64,000 bases of DNA, from assembly GCA_949292245.1 (NCBI GenBank), contig CASEYV010000002.1, positions 16,150-80,149 of the forward strand, read 5' to 3'. The translations under genes were made by a program, and so were the position numbers. Below, piece by piece: positions 1-9,970 of this stretch. Within the stretch, counting starts at the first letter, position 1. The number at the start of each line of letters is the position of its first letter. This DNA is from an uncultured bacterium. GTDB lineage: Bacteria; Bacillota_I; Bacilli_A; RF39; UBA660. Below the pieces are notes generated by a model. That model worked only from the letters and a program-made list of their open reading frames with translations. It had not been told where the DNA came from and made no database searches.

Positions 1-58
1 ACTCCCACCAAAATCAAAACATTTATATATAATAAAATAAAAATACATAATAAAAATT

Positions 59-78
59 TTTTTAGGCATACCTAAAAA
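59..78. promoter_or_regulatory. Palindrome TTTTTAGG-CATA-CCTAAAAA, DtxR/MntR-box-like operator
   Basis: Perfect 8-bp inverted repeat with 4-nt spacer downstream of a TATA-like TTTATATA (22-29); resembles the TTAGG-N-CCTAA core of DtxR-family sites. Confidence 0.4.
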
Positions 79-108
79 TCAATAAAAAAACACATTTTTT
101 AAACGGAA

Positions 109-559
109 TTTACTATAATTCTTTATAAATAAAATCAAAATTTTCACAAAAATTTACTATAACTCTTTATAAATAAAACTCCTATATAACACCGTTATAA
201 ACTACAATTCTTTATAAATAAAAATATATTTTTTAAACGATATATGTTACAATTCTTTATAAATAAAATTTTCATATAACACCGTTATAAACTATAACTC
301 TTTATAAATAAAACTCCTATATAACACCGTTATAAACTACAATTCTTTATAAATAAAAATTAAAATTTCCACAAAAAATTACTATAACTCTTTATAAATA
401 AAACTATATAAAAACGGTGTTCTAAAAAAAAATTTTCAACAAAAAATTACTATAACTCTTTATAAATAAAAATTTATTTTTTTTTAAAATTTACTACAAT
501 TCTTTATAAATAAAATATTATTTTTAAACGGTGTATATTACAACTCTTTATAAATAAAA
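109..559 (+). repeat. Array of 10 copies of (T)TACTAYAAYTCTTTATAAATAAAA, period about 44-46 bp (iteron/terminal-repeat-like)
   Basis: Copies near 109, 153, 201, 247, 291, 336, 379, 447, 491, 538; spacers ~20 nt, AT-rich and partly repeated. Confidence 0.9.
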
Positions 560-560
560 T

Positions 561-1748
561 TCAAAAATCAAACATATCCAAGAAACTATGCCCATCATCT
601 ACCTTAACCTCACAACCCTTCACATCATTCTCATACACTCCACCCAGGAACTCCCTATTAATATTATCTATTTCAAAATCAAACAACGGCACAGAATCAC
701 ACCTAATCTCCCCATCTAACCCACAATAACGGCAAACAATATCTCTAATAGCCTCGAACGGACTTTCATCAAAAACCCACTCTTCCCAACAACGACAAAC
801 TTCCCCAACAACACCCCAAACGAACTCATCAAACACACAACCCTCATTCTTATCAAACCCCCCCCTAACTTCACACCCATTAACCAAATACTCACCACCC
901 TCACCAACACCAAAAACTCCATAACCAAAACTCTCCAACACCCCAACCTCCCCCCTAAACTTCCCAACCTTCAACTTCTTATGACACAAGAACCTCACAT
1001 ACTTATCAAAAAAACTACAAAACACACTAACCAAAAACCCACTCCCAAACTTCCCAGCCACCTTCCTAACCCACGCCCTATCAACCCACCCCACCTCTCC
1101 AACAAACTCAACACTCCCATCACTCCCAATCCTAACACCACTCCCATCACCACTCCAACCCCCTTCTCCAACTCTCCCAACAACTCTCCTCACAACACCC
1201 TCATCAACCCCATACTCCTCCAAATCCCCCATCTTGATAAATTTCCTCTCCCCATCAACCCCAATCAACCTAACAAACCCCTCACCAACCCAATCAACCT
1301 CCCAAATACCACCAAACCCACCACACACAACCTCAAACAACTCAAAATCTCTTCCCAAATACTCATCAACCCTAACACCCACCTCACCAGTCCACTCCCC
1401 ACCAAACTTAACCCATTCACTACTCAACCCACCAATCCTCTCCCAAACCCACCTCAGCACAACCAACCCCCACCTATCAACCAACAACCTCAAAACCTTA
1501 CTCCTAACACCACCCATCTCAACAACCCCAACATCCCTCCTATCAACCAACTCACCAAAATCTTCACACCAAACTTCCTCACCCAGCTCACCCCAAAACC
1601 CATCATCACAATGCACAAACCACTCCTCCCCATCAATTTTAACCCCACCAAAAAACTTCTTACGACTAAAAACAACCCTAACTTCCCCCAACTTCTCCAA
1701 AACCAACACCCAATACCCCCTGTAAAACTGTCCTGCTCTAAAAATCAT
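561..1748 (-). CDS. Hypothetical protein, extremely G/V/W/E-rich due to strand skew
   Basis: 395 open codons; GAGGT RBS upstream of ATG on the minus strand. Confidence 0.7.
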   Translation of the reverse strand: MIFRAGQFYRGYWVLVLEKLGEVRVVFSRKKFFGGVKIDGEEWFVHCDDGFWGELGEEVWCEDFGELVDRRDVGVVEMGGVRSKVLRLLVDRWGLVVLRWVWERIGGLSSEWVKFGGEWTGEVGVRVDEYLGRDFELFEVVCGGFGGIWEVDWVGEGFVRLIGVDGERKFIKMGDLEEYGVDEGVVRRVVGRVGEGGWSGDGSGVRIGSDGSVEFVGEVGWVDRAWVRKVAGKFGSGFLVSVFCSFFDKYVRFLCHKKLKVGKFRGEVGVLESFGYGVFGVGEGGEYLVNGCEVRGGFDKNEGCVFDEFVWGVVGEVCRCWEEWVFDESPFEAIRDIVCRYCGLDGEIRCDSVPLFDFEIDNINREFLGGVYENDVKGCEVKVDDGHSFLDMFDF

Positions 1749-2056
1749 TTCAATACCTCACTAAAAAATCGATATGCAAATCATTACATACCGTAACATT
1801 TTCAACGTCCATTTTCCATATATCCTATTTACTTCCATCTCTATTTAAACGGTATACCAACAAAAAACTTATAAAAACCTATAACAAAAAAAACACAAAT
1901 AAAACGATATACAACAAAAAAACCCAAAAACCACCACCCCCATATATATCCCTAAACACATTTTCCTATTTTTTTATCTCACACACACAAAACGACGTAC
2001 AAAACAAACTTATATATATTCTACTAAACAAATACATCAACTAGGAGTGATAAAAA

Positions 2057-2407
2057 ATGTTAAAAGTATTCATAGCACAACCATTAAAAACAAGCCCACA
2101 AACCCAATCAAACCTAGAAACCCACCTAAAACCACTAGTAGACACCTACCTAAAAAATCAGCCATACACCTTCATCTCACCAGACCCAACAGATGCAATA
2201 TACAAACTACCAATAGACATCTTAGCAGACTACATATACTACATATCACAATCAAACTTAGTAATCTTCCCACTAAACTGGGAAGAATCCAAAGACACCA
2301 TGACCCAAAACATCATATGCAACCTATACAAAGTACCAAACGTAACCGAAGAGGCACTAACCATATCAAACATACTAAATAAAAACGATGTACCAAACCT
2401 AAAATAA
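2057..2407 (+). CDS. Degenerate DUF4406 / nucleoside 2-deoxyribosyltransferase-fold protein
   Basis: KVFIAQP start and SNLVIFPLNWEESK match the family pattern; GGAG RBS. Confidence 0.5.
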   Translation: MLKVFIAQPLKTSPQTQSNLETHLKPLVDTYLKNQPYTFISPDPTDAIYKLPIDILADYIYYISQSNLVIFPLNWEESKDTMTQNIICNLYKVPNVTEEALTISNILNKNDVPNLK

Positions 2408-2500
2408 CCCACCAACCAAAAACCTTATATACCATGAGCCACATATTAACCATTACAAATCAATGTGTGTCTACCAAGAACACATTAAAGGAGGATAATT

Positions 2501-2899
2501 ATGGTAAATATTAGCAAATTTTTTGACTCACACATCATAAACCTAAAAAAAGATAAATTTTGGGGATATGAAGAAAAAGATGACAGCGTCTTAGTAACAT
2601 TCTTCACCAAAAACCACGAACCTATAGACCTACATTTCAGCAAAGATGAATTCCAAAAACTCAAAACATCCATGAGAATAAAAGAACTAAAAGACATGCA
2701 AGAAAGTGGAACCATACCACAAAAAATAAACTACGAAATACTTAACGACGTAATCCTACTAAAACTAGGCAGCAACAACTTTATGGTTCCATTCGACGCA
2801 CTACTAAACCTAATCAAAGACCTACACTCCAAAGGAGAACTAAACATATCAGCACAAATAACAAACGAAGGAACATCAATCAATTTCAATAAAAAATAA
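2501..2899 (+). CDS. Hypothetical protein
   Basis: GGAGG RBS; TATA-like CTTATATA at about 2424-2431. Confidence 0.8.
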   Translation: MVNISKFFDSHIINLKKDKFWGYEEKDDSVLVTFFTKNHEPIDLHFSKDEFQKLKTSMRIKELKDMQESGTIPQKINYEILNDVILLKLGSNNFMVPFDALLNLIKDLHSKGELNISAQITNEGTSINFNKK

Positions 2900-4068
2900 A
2901 ACGATATATGGAGAAAAAAGTATGATAAGAGTATTTGAAGCGTTTGCGGGTTATGGTAGTCAAAGAATGGCATTGCGTAACATCGGAATTGAATTTGAGG
3001 TAGTTGGTATCTCAGAGATAGAGGGCGATGTTATTCAATCATATGCTGCGATTCATAGTGATTTTTTGGAAAAAAGGGAACATATTGATAGCTATGTGCC
3101 TGAAGACAAAGAAGAAATGATTTCTTATTTGGAAGAAATTAATGTTCCATTAGATTACAAAACTTTTGAAAACAAGGCTAAAAAGCTTAGACTGCCAAAA
3201 TTAAAAGATATGTACTTAGCAAACAAACTGATTAACAATTATGGAGATATACAAAGAATAAATCCTACAACTTTACCTGATTTTGATTTGTTCACATACT
3301 CATTCCCTTGTCAGGATATATCTGTAGCGGGATATCAGTGCGGATTAAATGAGGATTCTGGAACCAGGTCATCATTACTGTGGGAATGCTGTAAGATTAT
3401 TGAAACTAAAAGACCCAAATATCTGATGATGGAAAACGTTAAAAATCTTGTTGGGAAAAATCATAAAGATAATTTTTTGAAATTTTTAGATTATCTTGAA
3501 AGTTTAGGTTATAAAAACAGCTGGGCTGTTTTAAATGCCAGGGATTATGGTGTTCCTCAAAATAGGGAACGAGTTTTCTGTATCAGCGAGCTTGAAAGCA
3601 AAAGAGATTTTGTTTTTCCAGAACCGACAGAATTGAAATTCAAACTTGATGATATTCTTGAGAAAGATGTCGATGAAAGATATTATCTGAACAATGGTCA
3701 AGTTATGGATAAACCTATTAAGCAGGAGTATAGCTATTGTTTGGACTCCAATTACTGGAAAGGCACCACACTTCAAAGTTTTTTAAAAAAGCATAGAAGA
3801 CAGCTTGTAACTGACAGGGTCAATGAATCTGGGCAATATGTACCAAGAAGGCTTACTCCAAAAGAAACATGGAGGCTGATGGGTGTTAATGATGAAGATA
3901 TTGAAAAAGCAAGCCAGTTGGTAAGCAACACAAGTCTTTATAAACAATCTGGAAACAGTATTGTTGTTCCAGTTCTTGAAGCTATATTCAAACAATGGTT
4001 TATTGAGATGCATTATATGATGAATCTATAGATATTTTAAATGCTATTAAAAAATAAAACGATATATG
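2890..4068 (+). repeat. Perfect 21-bp direct repeat TAAAAAATAAAACGATATATG (2890-2910 and 4048-4068) flanking the first C5 methyltransferase
   Basis: Direct comparison of both copies. Confidence 0.9.
2922..4031 (+). CDS. dcm: DNA (cytosine-5) methyltransferase, orphan
   Basis: Motifs FAGYG, FPCQ, MENV, PQNRER, QSGNS. Confidence 0.95.
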   Translation: MIRVFEAFAGYGSQRMALRNIGIEFEVVGISEIEGDVIQSYAAIHSDFLEKREHIDSYVPEDKEEMISYLEEINVPLDYKTFENKAKKLRLPKLKDMYLANKLINNYGDIQRINPTTLPDFDLFTYSFPCQDISVAGYQCGLNEDSGTRSSLLWECCKIIETKRPKYLMMENVKNLVGKNHKDNFLKFLDYLESLGYKNSWAVLNARDYGVPQNRERVFCISELESKRDFVFPEPTELKFKLDDILEKDVDERYYLNNGQVMDKPIKQEYSYCLDSNYWKGTTLQSFLKKHRRQLVTDRVNESGQYVPRRLTPKETWRLMGVNDEDIEKASQLVSNTSLYKQSGNSIVVPVLEAIFKQWFIEMHYMMNL

Positions 4069-4083
4069 AAAAAAAGTGATACC

Positions 4084-4395
4084 ATGACTAACCTAACTCA
4101 ACTAATACTAATATTCGAGGAAAAGTACGATGCAGAATGGACCGACAACATACAATACAGCTACTCACACGAATCATCAGAAATAGACTTCATCATACCC
4201 ATAGAATCAATACCAAACCTACTAACAGACATCAGCAAAATCAAAACCACATCAATGTTCGAAATAAATAAAACAATAATAAAATGCATATACGAAGAAG
4301 AGGAATACTATATATCAATAGACATAAGTACAATAAAAAAACTCTTAAACGATATACAAAAACAAACCTTTATATGTGGAGGAAAAAATGACTAA
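4084..4395 (+). CDS. Hypothetical protein
   Basis: ORF in array; start after AGTGA RBS-like site. Confidence 0.7.
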   Translation: MTNLTQLILIFEEKYDAEWTDNIQYSYSHESSEIDFIIPIESIPNLLTDISKIKTTSMFEINKTIIKCIYEEEEYYISIDISTIKKLLNDIQKQTFICGGKND

Positions 4396-4564
4396 AACAA
4401 ACACCAACCACTTTTGGATTTACGAAAGAATAAAAGAAATAGATGAAGAAATAGCTCAAAAGAGGAAAGAAAAAGCATTCCTAGAATCTCTATTACAAAA
4501 AGATTCTCCATGCATATTCAAATCAAAAACTTCAGATACATTATTTTTTAACAAAAACTATTAA
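4388..4564 (+). CDS. Small hypothetical protein
   Basis: GGAGG RBS; overlaps upstream stop. Confidence 0.65.
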   Translation: MTKTNTNHFWIYERIKEIDEEIAQKRKEKAFLESLLQKDSPCIFKSKTSDTLFFNKNY

Positions 4565-4592
4565 ACGATATATAAGAAAGGAGAATAATAGA

Positions 4593-4907
4593 ATGGAAAA
4601 ATTAAACAATAAAAACGGACCACTTCAAGTCCGTAAAATAGTATTAACAGGAAAATACTTTCCTATGGATAAATCAGACTCCAAAGAATATATCTATATA
4701 TCCATAGATTCAAGCCAATCTTTAACAAAAGTGTTATCAAATAAATTAGAAGAAACATGGCAAGAATTAGGTGTAAACAAAAACCCAAAAGAAATTATAG
4801 AATCAGATGAGTTTATAAAAAAATTAGAAGAAAACAATATTTATTATATGGACAGCAAATATATGGATTTCCAAAAATTATATATATTTGCCTTATATAA
4901 AAAATAA
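4593..4907 (+). CDS. Hypothetical protein, paralog domain A
   Basis: YIYIS...EETWQELG...FIKKLEENNIYY matches the C-terminus of 4928..5443. Confidence 0.75.
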   Translation: MEKLNNKNGPLQVRKIVLTGKYFPMDKSDSKEYIYISIDSSQSLTKVLSNKLEETWQELGVNKNPKEIIESDEFIKKLEENNIYYMDSKYMDFQKLYIFALYKK

Positions 4908-4927
4908 ACGATATATGGAGAAAAAAA

Positions 4928-5443
4928 ATGGAAAAAATAGAAGAAAAAATAAATCAAAGTACAAAAATTTTAAACGATATTCATGGACAAATTCACACAT
5001 CACTACAAGATATATACAGAGAATTCCATACTTATAGCCCAAAAGGTTTAGATAAAGAAATATCTCGTATAAATGAATTAACAAAAGCATTAAAAGAAGA
5101 AGAATCTAACTTAAGAGAATTAGAAAAGAAAAACAAACAAATTCAAGCCTACACCATAACACTTGACTACGGAGGAGTCAATATGGCAAGTCCAAGCACA
5201 TTTATAGACTACCTTTACATATCAACCAATTCAGACCAAGACCTAGAAGAAGTATTATTTGAAGAAATAGAAGAAGTATGGAAGGAATTAGGCGAAGACA
5301 ACTCTATAACAACAGTTCTTCAATCATGTAACTTCATACAAAAATTAGAAGACAAAAATATTTACTATATAAACGATGAATACATAAACCTCAAAAAAAA
5401 GGGCATATACGGCAACATCACCTACAAAAATTATAAAAATTAA
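4928..5443 (+). CDS. Coiled-coil plus domain A protein
   Basis: Junction motif and GGAG RBS; paralogy with 4593. Confidence 0.75.
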   Translation: MEKIEEKINQSTKILNDIHGQIHTSLQDIYREFHTYSPKGLDKEISRINELTKALKEEESNLRELEKKNKQIQAYTITLDYGGVNMASPSTFIDYLYISTNSDQDLEEVLFEEIEEVWKELGEDNSITTVLQSCNFIQKLEDKNIYYINDEYINLKKKGIYGNITYKNYKN

Positions 5444-5465
5444 ACGATATACAGGAGCAAAAAAA

Positions 5466-6014
5466 ATGAACAGATTAATAATAAAACACCTACTCAATTC
5501 AATTTTAAAAGACAAACTAAACCAACCTACCAACGGACCAACTCCACAAACTAGAATAATTGATGATAAATATGTATTTATAGAAACAAAACAACCACTA
5601 ACAACGGAAGCAATATCCTGTATCCAAAAAGGCTTACTTCACTCACAATTTGTCGCATCAAATACAGACAACACCGTTGCAGTCTTCAAACTAACCGAAC
5701 CAGAATATTATGTGATACAACACATAAAACTAACAATAGACCTAATACAAAAAGAAACCAACACCCTAAACCCAGAACTCCCAAGAGTAGCTGGATACCT
5801 TCAAAACATTGGGTTCAAACTCAAATACTACTACAAAGGCGAGGAATACGAACCAACCATAGAAGTTTTAATACCCAAAGACACTCCAACAGAAGAAAAA
5901 AACTCAATGCACGAAACTCTCTTTAAAACAGTAGATGAATTCGCATCAAGATACAACATAAGCGAAGAATTTCTACAAAATCTACATATATTTTTAACAA
6001 GAGAAAAACAATAA
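5466..6014 (+). CDS. Hypothetical protein, domains B+C
   Basis: N half similar to 13104; C half similar to the 9402 C-terminus. Confidence 0.75.
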   Translation: MNRLIIKHLLNSILKDKLNQPTNGPTPQTRIIDDKYVFIETKQPLTTEAISCIQKGLLHSQFVASNTDNTVAVFKLTEPEYYVIQHIKLTIDLIQKETNTLNPELPRVAGYLQNIGFKLKYYYKGEEYEPTIEVLIPKDTPTEEKNSMHETLFKTVDEFASRYNISEEFLQNLHIFLTREKQ

Positions 6015-6035
6015 AACGATATATGGAGCCATAAA

Positions 6036-6332
6036 ATGATATATTCAATTAAATATACAAGAGGAATCGATGATTATTATCTTTATTTTTACCATCCATC
6101 TAACAATCACGAAGACTGTAAAAAAGCACTCAAAGATGTATGCCATCATATATGTGAAACCCAACAAATAAACAAAGAAACTCAAAACCCATACACATTC
6201 ATATCTGACAACACCAAACTTATAAAAAACGAAATGGCAAAAAGAGGATTCGAACCATTATCCGTAACAGAGATAGCCGAGTTCTCCGATGAGGACCCAC
6301 TATCCGAATCCTTCCAATACAATAATATATAA
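6036..6332 (+). CDS. Hypothetical protein, divergent domain A
   Basis: Junction motif and GGAG RBS. Confidence 0.7.
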   Translation: MIYSIKYTRGIDDYYLYFYHPSNNHEDCKKALKDVCHHICETQQINKETQNPYTFISDNTKLIKNEMAKRGFEPLSVTEIAEFSDEDPLSESFQYNNI

Positions 6333-8198
6333 AAACGATATATAGGTGAAAAATATGTCAAACTCATTAATAGAAGAATTGCCTAAAATTATAAGAAAAG
6401 GCAGGAAAGAAGCAAATAAAATATTAGAAGGTTTATCCGAAGATAGCAGATTAACTTTACAGACAAATGAACTAGTTTTGCCATCTAAAGATGAGGCAGG
6501 ATATTTTGTAAATTCAAATGAAAAAGTATTAGATAGTCAAAAAGCTAATAAATTGATTTATGGTGATAATTTATTTATTATGCAAACTTTATTAACAGGT
6601 GATGAAACAACTCCATCCATGAAAGGAAAAATTGATTTAATATATATTGACCCACCTTTTGATTCTAAAACAGATTATAAAATCAAAACTAAATTAAAAG
6701 ACACTACTATAGAACAATTTGCATATTCTGATACTTGGAAAAAAGGGACTATAAGCTATTTGGAAATGATGGTTCCACGTTTAATTTTAATGAAGGAATT
6801 GCTATCTGAAAATGGAACTATTTATGTTCATATTGATTGGCATGTAGGACACTATGTAAAAATTATGATGGATGAAATCTTTGGAAGAGATAACCTTATG
6901 AATGAAATTGTTTGGTGCTATAAATCAGGTGGAGCTTCTACAGCTAAAGGATTTGCAAAGAAGCATGATGTTATTTATGCATATAATAAGTCAAATAATT
7001 TTATTTTCAACAATATTAAAGAAAAATCTTATATGGGTATAGGATATACTACTGGAAACAAAAATGTTACATTATATGATGATAATGACGGCAAAGGCCC
7101 ATATACATTAGTGAATGTTAAAGATTGGTGGACAGATATTGGAATGATTGCAACATCTAAGGGAAGGCTTTATGCTACTCAAAAACCAAAAGAGCTTCTA
7201 GAAAGAATTATCTCAGTTTCATCAAATGAAAATTCAATAGTTGCAGACTTTTTCTGTGGTTCAGGTACAACTGGTGCTGTTGCTGAAAAATTAGGCAGAA
7301 GATGGATAATGTCTGATTTAGGAAAACCTGCCTGTATGGTTACTAAAAAAAGATTAATAGACCAAAAATCCATTCCTTTTCTATATCAATCAATTAGAAA
7401 TTATCAAAAGGAACAATTCAAACAATCAGAATTTAAAACCATCAGCGACTTATCTCATGCTGTTATGAATTTATATGGAGCCACACCATTTAATGATAAT
7501 GATAACTTAGGTTACATAAAAGATTCAAAAACTTTAGTTTATGTTGATTTTCTTTCTAAATTAACTAGTCATAATACATTAATTAAAGCACAAAAATTAA
7601 GAAATACATATAAAGGGGGGTGGAATAAAGTAGTTATATTGGGGTGGAATTTCGTTCAGGATATTAGTCAAATTATTATTGATTTAAATGATTCTAATCT
7701 TGAAGTTTTAGCTATACCACATAATTTATTAGAACAACTTAAAATAAAATCTAAAACTAATAAATTAATAAAATCTGGCAATTTAAGACTTTCATCTCTA
7801 CAACATCTAACTGTTAAAAAACCGACAATCGAAAATTATAATGAAGAATTAGAAACTTTAACAGTTGAATTAGATAATTATGTTTTATTATCTCCTGAAG
7901 CTTTACCATTAAATAAAAAAAATAAAGAGAAAATATCCGAAATAATAGATAACGACCCATTATCTTTAATTGAATATTGGAGTATTGACCCAGATTATGA
8001 TGGAAAAATATTCCGTAGCAGATGGCAAAATTATCGTGGAAACATTGCAAATGATAATCCTTATAAAGTTACTAAATATGTAAAAATTAATGTTCCTAAA
8101 CTCAATAGAAATAGAGTAATCTGTGTAAAAACAGTTGATATATTTGGGTTTGAAAATACTATTACAATAAAAATAAAATAAAAACGATATATAGGTGA
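6329..8198 (+). repeat. Perfect 21-bp direct repeat ATAAAAACGATATATAGGTGA (6329-6349 and 8178-8198) flanking the Mod-like methyltransferase
   Basis: Direct comparison of both copies. Confidence 0.9.
6355..8181 (+). CDS. mod: Type III Mod-like beta-class N6-adenine (or N4-cytosine) DNA methyltransferase; no Res partner seen
   Basis: LIYGDN, YIDPPF, TQKP, DFFCGSGTT; long C-terminal extension. Confidence 0.9.
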   Translation: MSNSLIEELPKIIRKGRKEANKILEGLSEDSRLTLQTNELVLPSKDEAGYFVNSNEKVLDSQKANKLIYGDNLFIMQTLLTGDETTPSMKGKIDLIYIDPPFDSKTDYKIKTKLKDTTIEQFAYSDTWKKGTISYLEMMVPRLILMKELLSENGTIYVHIDWHVGHYVKIMMDEIFGRDNLMNEIVWCYKSGGASTAKGFAKKHDVIYAYNKSNNFIFNNIKEKSYMGIGYTTGNKNVTLYDDNDGKGPYTLVNVKDWWTDIGMIATSKGRLYATQKPKELLERIISVSSNENSIVADFFCGSGTTGAVAEKLGRRWIMSDLGKPACMVTKKRLIDQKSIPFLYQSIRNYQKEQFKQSEFKTISDLSHAVMNLYGATPFNDNDNLGYIKDSKTLVYVDFLSKLTSHNTLIKAQKLRNTYKGGWNKVVILGWNFVQDISQIIIDLNDSNLEVLAIPHNLLEQLKIKSKTNKLIKSGNLRLSSLQHLTVKKPTIENYNEELETLTVELDNYVLLSPEALPLNKKNKEKISEIIDNDPLSLIEYWSIDPDYDGKIFRSRWQNYRGNIANDNPYKVTKYVKINVPKLNRNRVICVKTVDIFGFENTITIKIK

Positions 8199-8199
8199 T

Positions 8200-8970
8200 T
8201 TGATGATTAAAATGAACAACCATGAAGTTATCAACAGATTCAGGAAAGCAACAGAAAGAGAAATAGAAGCATTAGAAGAAGATTACCAAAACACAGAAGA
8301 CATAACAGAAAAAGAAAACCTTGCAAAGAATATTGCAAACTGTTATGCAAAACTACAACAATACAACGGAGTAGAGAAAAAAATTGGAGATGATTTCAGC
8401 TTAATTCCTGAAATACCTGAAGAAGTAATTGCAAGTATGGATAGAATTCAAAGTATGATTGACTATGCACTATTTATGTGTGAAAAATATAAAGATTCAG
8501 ACTGTAAACTTGACATAAGAGAATTTGATAAGAACTTATGCAAAATCTACAATAGCATAACATTACCTTATCATTTCGAATACAAAGCAATGATTCATTT
8601 ATTAAGTGAAGAAATGGGTCATTCAATATTCAATGACAAATATGCAGATTTAATGCATCAACCTGAATACCTTTTAACCTATGCATACTTAATAGATAAT
8701 GAATTATTTGATATTTCCTATGAGAGTATTGAAAATGAATTAGATAAGATTATTTATGTTCCTGATATGATATGCTTTATTACATATACATCACAATACA
8801 TCGGCACAGAATATGAAAATATATTTTGGAATAAGAAATTCGATGACCTATCAGATGAACAATGGATTGAACAGTTAATTAAGCAAGGAATTGTGTGGAC
8901 AAACGATGAAAATCTTGGTTATATTATTAACCAAGACTTTTTAGATTTGGAGGATGAAGATGATGTTTAA
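8200..8970 (+). CDS. Hypothetical acidic protein
   Basis: 256-aa ORF after junction motif with GGTGA RBS. Confidence 0.8.
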   Translation: MMIKMNNHEVINRFRKATEREIEALEEDYQNTEDITEKENLAKNIANCYAKLQQYNGVEKKIGDDFSLIPEIPEEVIASMDRIQSMIDYALFMCEKYKDSDCKLDIREFDKNLCKIYNSITLPYHFEYKAMIHLLSEEMGHSIFNDKYADLMHQPEYLLTYAYLIDNELFDISYESIENELDKIIYVPDMICFITYTSQYIGTEYENIFWNKKFDDLSDEQWIEQLIKQGIVWTNDENLGYIINQDFLDLEDEDDV

Positions 8971-9118
8971 AATTGAAGAAACTTTTAATGGATATGCGAT
9001 TATGTACGATGATGAAATAGTATTCAAACTTGAAGGAGTAATGAATACTAAGGCTACTGCCGATAGGATTGTGAAGAAACTTAATGAGGCGATTAAAGAT
9101 GATGAAGAAGTTTATTAA
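8963..9118 (+). CDS. Small hypothetical protein (51 aa)
   Basis: GGAGG RBS; MFKIEETFNGY...; overlaps upstream stop. Confidence 0.55.
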   Translation: MFKIEETFNGYAIMYDDEIVFKLEGVMNTKATADRIVKKLNEAIKDDEEVY

Positions 9119-9173
9119 ATTAATAATTTATAACTAATACCTCAATTACTTATTCACATAAACGATATATTAG

Positions 9174-9389
9174 GTGATAATTATGAACAAACATCAAGAA
9201 AAATTAGAAAATGCAAAAAAAGAAATAATAGATATGCTTAAAGATATTATAGAAAATCATTCAAGTTATAGTCATATAGCTATGCTGTCAAAATTAAATA
9301 CTCTAAATGAATACATAGATAAGCATTATAAAGAAACATATATTGACTATTTAATAGTTGAATCTCTTAATAAAGATTTAAATAAATAA
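9174..9389 (+). CDS. Hypothetical protein
   Basis: Junction motif plus GGTGA RBS. Confidence 0.7.
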   Translation: MIIMNKHQEKLENAKKEIIDMLKDIIENHSSYSHIAMLSKLNTLNEYIDKHYKETYIDYLIVESLNKDLNK

Positions 9390-9401
9390 GGAGCTATTAA
9401 T

Positions 9402-9947
9402 ATGTTTATATTGGAATTTTACGACTGGGATTTCATGTATAACTACTACATAGAATCAGAGAAACCTATAACAAAAATTGAATTTAAAGAAAAACTTCTA
9501 AAAGTATTCGAAGATATGACAGAAAATGATTCTGATGAAATATGGGAAGCTTTACCAGCTTATTTTCATTCTTCAGAAGAATGCAGTAAATTTAAAAAAG
9601 CCTTAAAAAAACAAGGACTATACCTATTAGATGATATAATAAAAGCAAGCATCCACGAATATACAACATTATCATCCTATAAAACAAAACTTAAAAACGA
9701 TATTATATTAGAAAAAATAACCAACGAACTTTCCAAACATGGCTATAACTCATCTTACAACTACAATAATTGTGATGAAATTAACTATCAAGAACCACAC
9801 CTATACATTTCAGTAGAAACCATAACAGACAAAAACCATTACAACGAAATAACAAACAAAGTAACAGACACCGTTTATAATTTTTGTCAAAAAGAAAATA
9901 TCATAGACTTTTTCGGCACATTAGAAATACACATAACCTTAAATTAA
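9402..9947 (+). CDS. Hypothetical protein, domains A+C
   Basis: Paralogy with the 12212 N-terminus and the 5466 C-terminus. Confidence 0.75.
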   Translation: MFILEFYDWDFMYNYYIESEKPITKIEFKEKLLKVFEDMTENDSDEIWEALPAYFHSSEECSKFKKALKKQGLYLLDDIIKASIHEYTTLSSYKTKLKNDIILEKITNELSKHGYNSSYNYNNCDEINYQEPHLYISVETITDKNHYNEITNKVTDTVYNFCQKENIIDFFGTLEIHITLN

Positions 9948-9970
9948 ACGATATATAGGAGGCATACAAT

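Noticed and set aside
109-559. CRISPR or mini-CRISPR array
   Set aside because: Spacers are only ~20 nt, low-complexity and repeated (TATAACACCGTTATAA three times); repeats vary, and no cas genes are present
561-1748. Diversity-generating retroelement target
   Set aside because: No reverse transcriptase or TR/VR pair in the window; the bias spans kilobases, including intergenic DNA
981-2382. Plus-strand P/N/T/H-rich ORFs (981..1796, 1234..1725, 2047..2382) and alternative minus frames
   Set aside because: Shadows of the extreme skew, which removes stop codons; they overlap better-supported genes that have an RBS
6355-8181. Complete type III restriction-modification system
   Set aside because: No Res helicase-nuclease next to mod
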